Part shown: one piece after another, positions 16,970 to 18,348 of the stretch | Position numbering within the stretch: the stretch's first letter is position 1 | Layout of the letters: every line of letters begins with the position of its first letter | Assembly: GCA_963719315.1 (NCBI GenBank) | Contig: CAVRBU010000008.1 | Location: 1 to 18,348 of the forward strand | DNA length: 18,348 nt | DNA from: an uncultured Planctomycetota bacterium | GTDB taxonomy: Bacteria; Planctomycetota; Planctomycetia; Pirellulales; Lacipirellulaceae | Reading direction: 5' to 3' | Position numbers and translations under genes: made by a program | Notes under the pieces: model-generated | Seen by the model: the letters and a program-made list of their open reading frames with translations, nothing else | What the model was told of the DNA's origin: nothing | Databases searched by the model: none

Positions 16970-17935
16970 AACCCCTAACAAAACCCTTCGGTGAGTATGT
17001 TGAAGCAGATGAGAGATTGAGCCAGAGTCACAAAGGCTTTATGGATATCGGCCCTCCGATCAAATCGCGTTCGCAGCCGCCGGAAATTATTCATCCAACT
17101 GAGCGTACGTTCGGAAACCCAACGATAAATTCCTAGGCCGCTGCCATGTTCCGTATTGCGTTTAGCCAAGTGGGGTTTGATGCCGCGATCGCGGAGTGCT
17201 TGTCGGTGCTTTTCGGAGTCGTACGCCCGATCCGCATACACCTCTTCCGGACGCTGTTTCGGCCGGCCCGGTTTGCCCGCCACCGGCTCGATTCCGTCAA
17301 TCAACGGGATCAGTTGGGTCACGTCGTGTCGATTGGCGGCGGTGAGAATGAATTTGAGCGGGACGCCGTTCGCATCGGTGACCACATGATGTTTACTGCC
17401 GGGTTTTCGCCGATCCGTTGGGTTCGGTCCCGTTTTTTCGCCGCCCCCTACAGCACGAACCGTCGCACTATCGACTGCCGCTCGCGACCAATCGAGTTGA
17501 TCGGCGCTGTGCAGATTCTCCAACAATGTTTGTTTCAACGCCTCCCAGACGCCTGCTTCGTGCCACTCCTGTAACCGTCGCCAGCAGGTCATTCCAGATC
17601 CACATCCCATTTCCAGGGGAAGATATTCCCAAGGAATACCCGTTCGTAAAACAAAAATGATTCCGGTCAAGACTTTGCGATCATCGATCCGCGGTCGGCC
17701 TCCTTTGGGGCTCGGTTCGTGTTCAGGGAGTAAAGGAGACAACATCTCCCACAATTCGTCAGGAACTAATTCTTTAGCCATCGTTGGTCCTCCAGATAGT
17801 TGGTTTCACTCCAAAGGAATTCTGGGGACAATCAACGCCGTGTCACGACTGCAATTTCAAAAACAAGTTTTACATCTTCCACAACGACTCGAATCAATTA
17901 CTAGCACTGCTAGTAGACAGTATTGTTAGGGGTTC
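16969..17935 (-). mobile_element. IS5-family insertion sequence, 967 bp
   Basis: Perfect 13-bp TIRs GAACCCCTAACAA (16969-16981) / TTGTTAGGGGTTC (17923-17935); TTA target duplication at 16966-16968 and 17936-17938. Confidence 0.93.
16975..17781 (-). CDS. IS5-family DDE transposase
   Basis: GGRPRIDDR..L.GI.FVLRTG.PW, VDSA, GPNPTDR.K.GSKHH, ADRAYD, RWVSERT.SW...FRRL..R; single 268-aa ORF with GGAGG RBS. Confidence 0.95.
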   Translation of the reverse strand: MAKELVPDELWEMLSPLLPEHEPSPKGGRPRIDDRKVLTGIIFVLRTGIPWEYLPLEMGCGSGMTCWRRLQEWHEAGVWEALKQTLLENLHSADQLDWSRAAVDSATVRAVGGGEKTGPNPTDRRKPGSKHHVVTDANGVPLKFILTAANRHDVTQLIPLIDGIEPVAGKPGRPKQRPEEVYADRAYDSEKHRQALRDRGIKPHLAKRNTEHGSGLGIYRWVSERTLSWMNNFRRLRTRFDRRADIHKAFVTLAQSLICFNILTEGFC

Positions 17936-17943
17936 TTAGTAGA

Positions 17944-18019
17944 AGGATTGAGGGTGCGGGATGCCGGGGGCAGGGAAGATCGATTCTTTCCGAACTCTGA
18001 TCCCCGCATCCCGCATCCT
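17944..18019. repeat. Degenerate heptamer (GGATGCG) inverted repeat
   Basis: AGGATTGAGGGTGCGGGATGCCGGGG ... CCCCGCATCCCGCATCCT. Confidence 0.6.
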
Positions 18020-18045
18020 ATTCCGATATTCGACAGGTTACGCCA

Positions 18046-18348
18046 ATGCCCTCACCCACGACCGACTTCTCGATCTTCGACGGCCAGGAACTGGTGACGT
18101 ACACACCCGTCAGCGATCCGGCGGTCGAAAATGTGCGGGCGGTGCGTCGCCCGCTGACGCAATCGCGGCAGCGCAACGTGGAGCGGTACATCGAATTGCA
18201 AGCGACCGATGTCGTGTTTCATCTCGATGGTGCATTGTTGGAATCAGTCGCGTTGGCGGCTGGAGATGCAATCACGGACGCGAACAGCGTGACGTATTCG
18301 GTGCTGTTCGTGGAAAGGCAAACGCTCAATAACACGGTGGCCGTGGTC
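18046..18348 (+). CDS. Putative head-tail joining/closure protein, partial (runs off right edge)
   Basis: Not in ORF track. ATG 18046 opens MPSPTTDFSIFDGQELVTYTPVS...AVRRPL...DVVFHLDG...AAGDAITDANSVTYSVLFVE with no stop; GD.I....Y.V pattern and position fit head closure proteins. Confidence 0.65.
   Translation, partial: MPSPTTDFSIFDGQELVTYTPVSDPAVENVRAVRRPLTQSRQRNVERYIELQATDVVFHLDGALLESVALAAGDAITDANSVTYSVLFVERQTLNNTVAVV

Noticed and set aside
17961..18332. 123-aa ORF from the ORF track
   Set aside because: Starts within a repeat and has atypical composition; the alternative frame from ATG 18046 gives a plausible phage head-closure protein.

Overview
The window looks like Planctomycetota (Pirellulales-like) DNA, inferred from a DUF1580-type gene, a planctomycete-style integrase and a PEP-CTERM protein. 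It has three parts. (1) 1-4224 is the end of an integrative, satellite-like element at the 3' end of tRNA-Pro(CGG), carrying a tyrosine integrase, a toxin-antitoxin-like pair, a hypothetical protein, a DUF1580 HTH and a partial Prim-Pol. (2) 4225-5170 holds the tRNA and a frameshifted host lipoprotein gene. (3) 5200-18348 is a co-oriented phage packaging/head cluster: permuted papain-like amidase, small membrane protein, ParB-like protein, ABC ATPase-GNAT fusion, TerL, portal, protease/scaffold, decoration protein, major capsid and head-completion genes. This cluster lies outside the integrative element, has host-type REP/heptamer palindromes in most intergenic gaps, and is interrupted by a PEP-CTERM gene and an IS5. 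Both of its sub-operons are preceded by the same leader motif (AAACGGTATC...TATC..GAGCCC-hairpin-GGGCTTTTTT). The best candidate for a novel system is a domesticated, GTA-like particle locus under leader attenuation control with a Mom-like DNA-modification module. Four frameshifts and one in-frame stop could be decay or assembly error. All family calls are from motif recognition; no searches were run.
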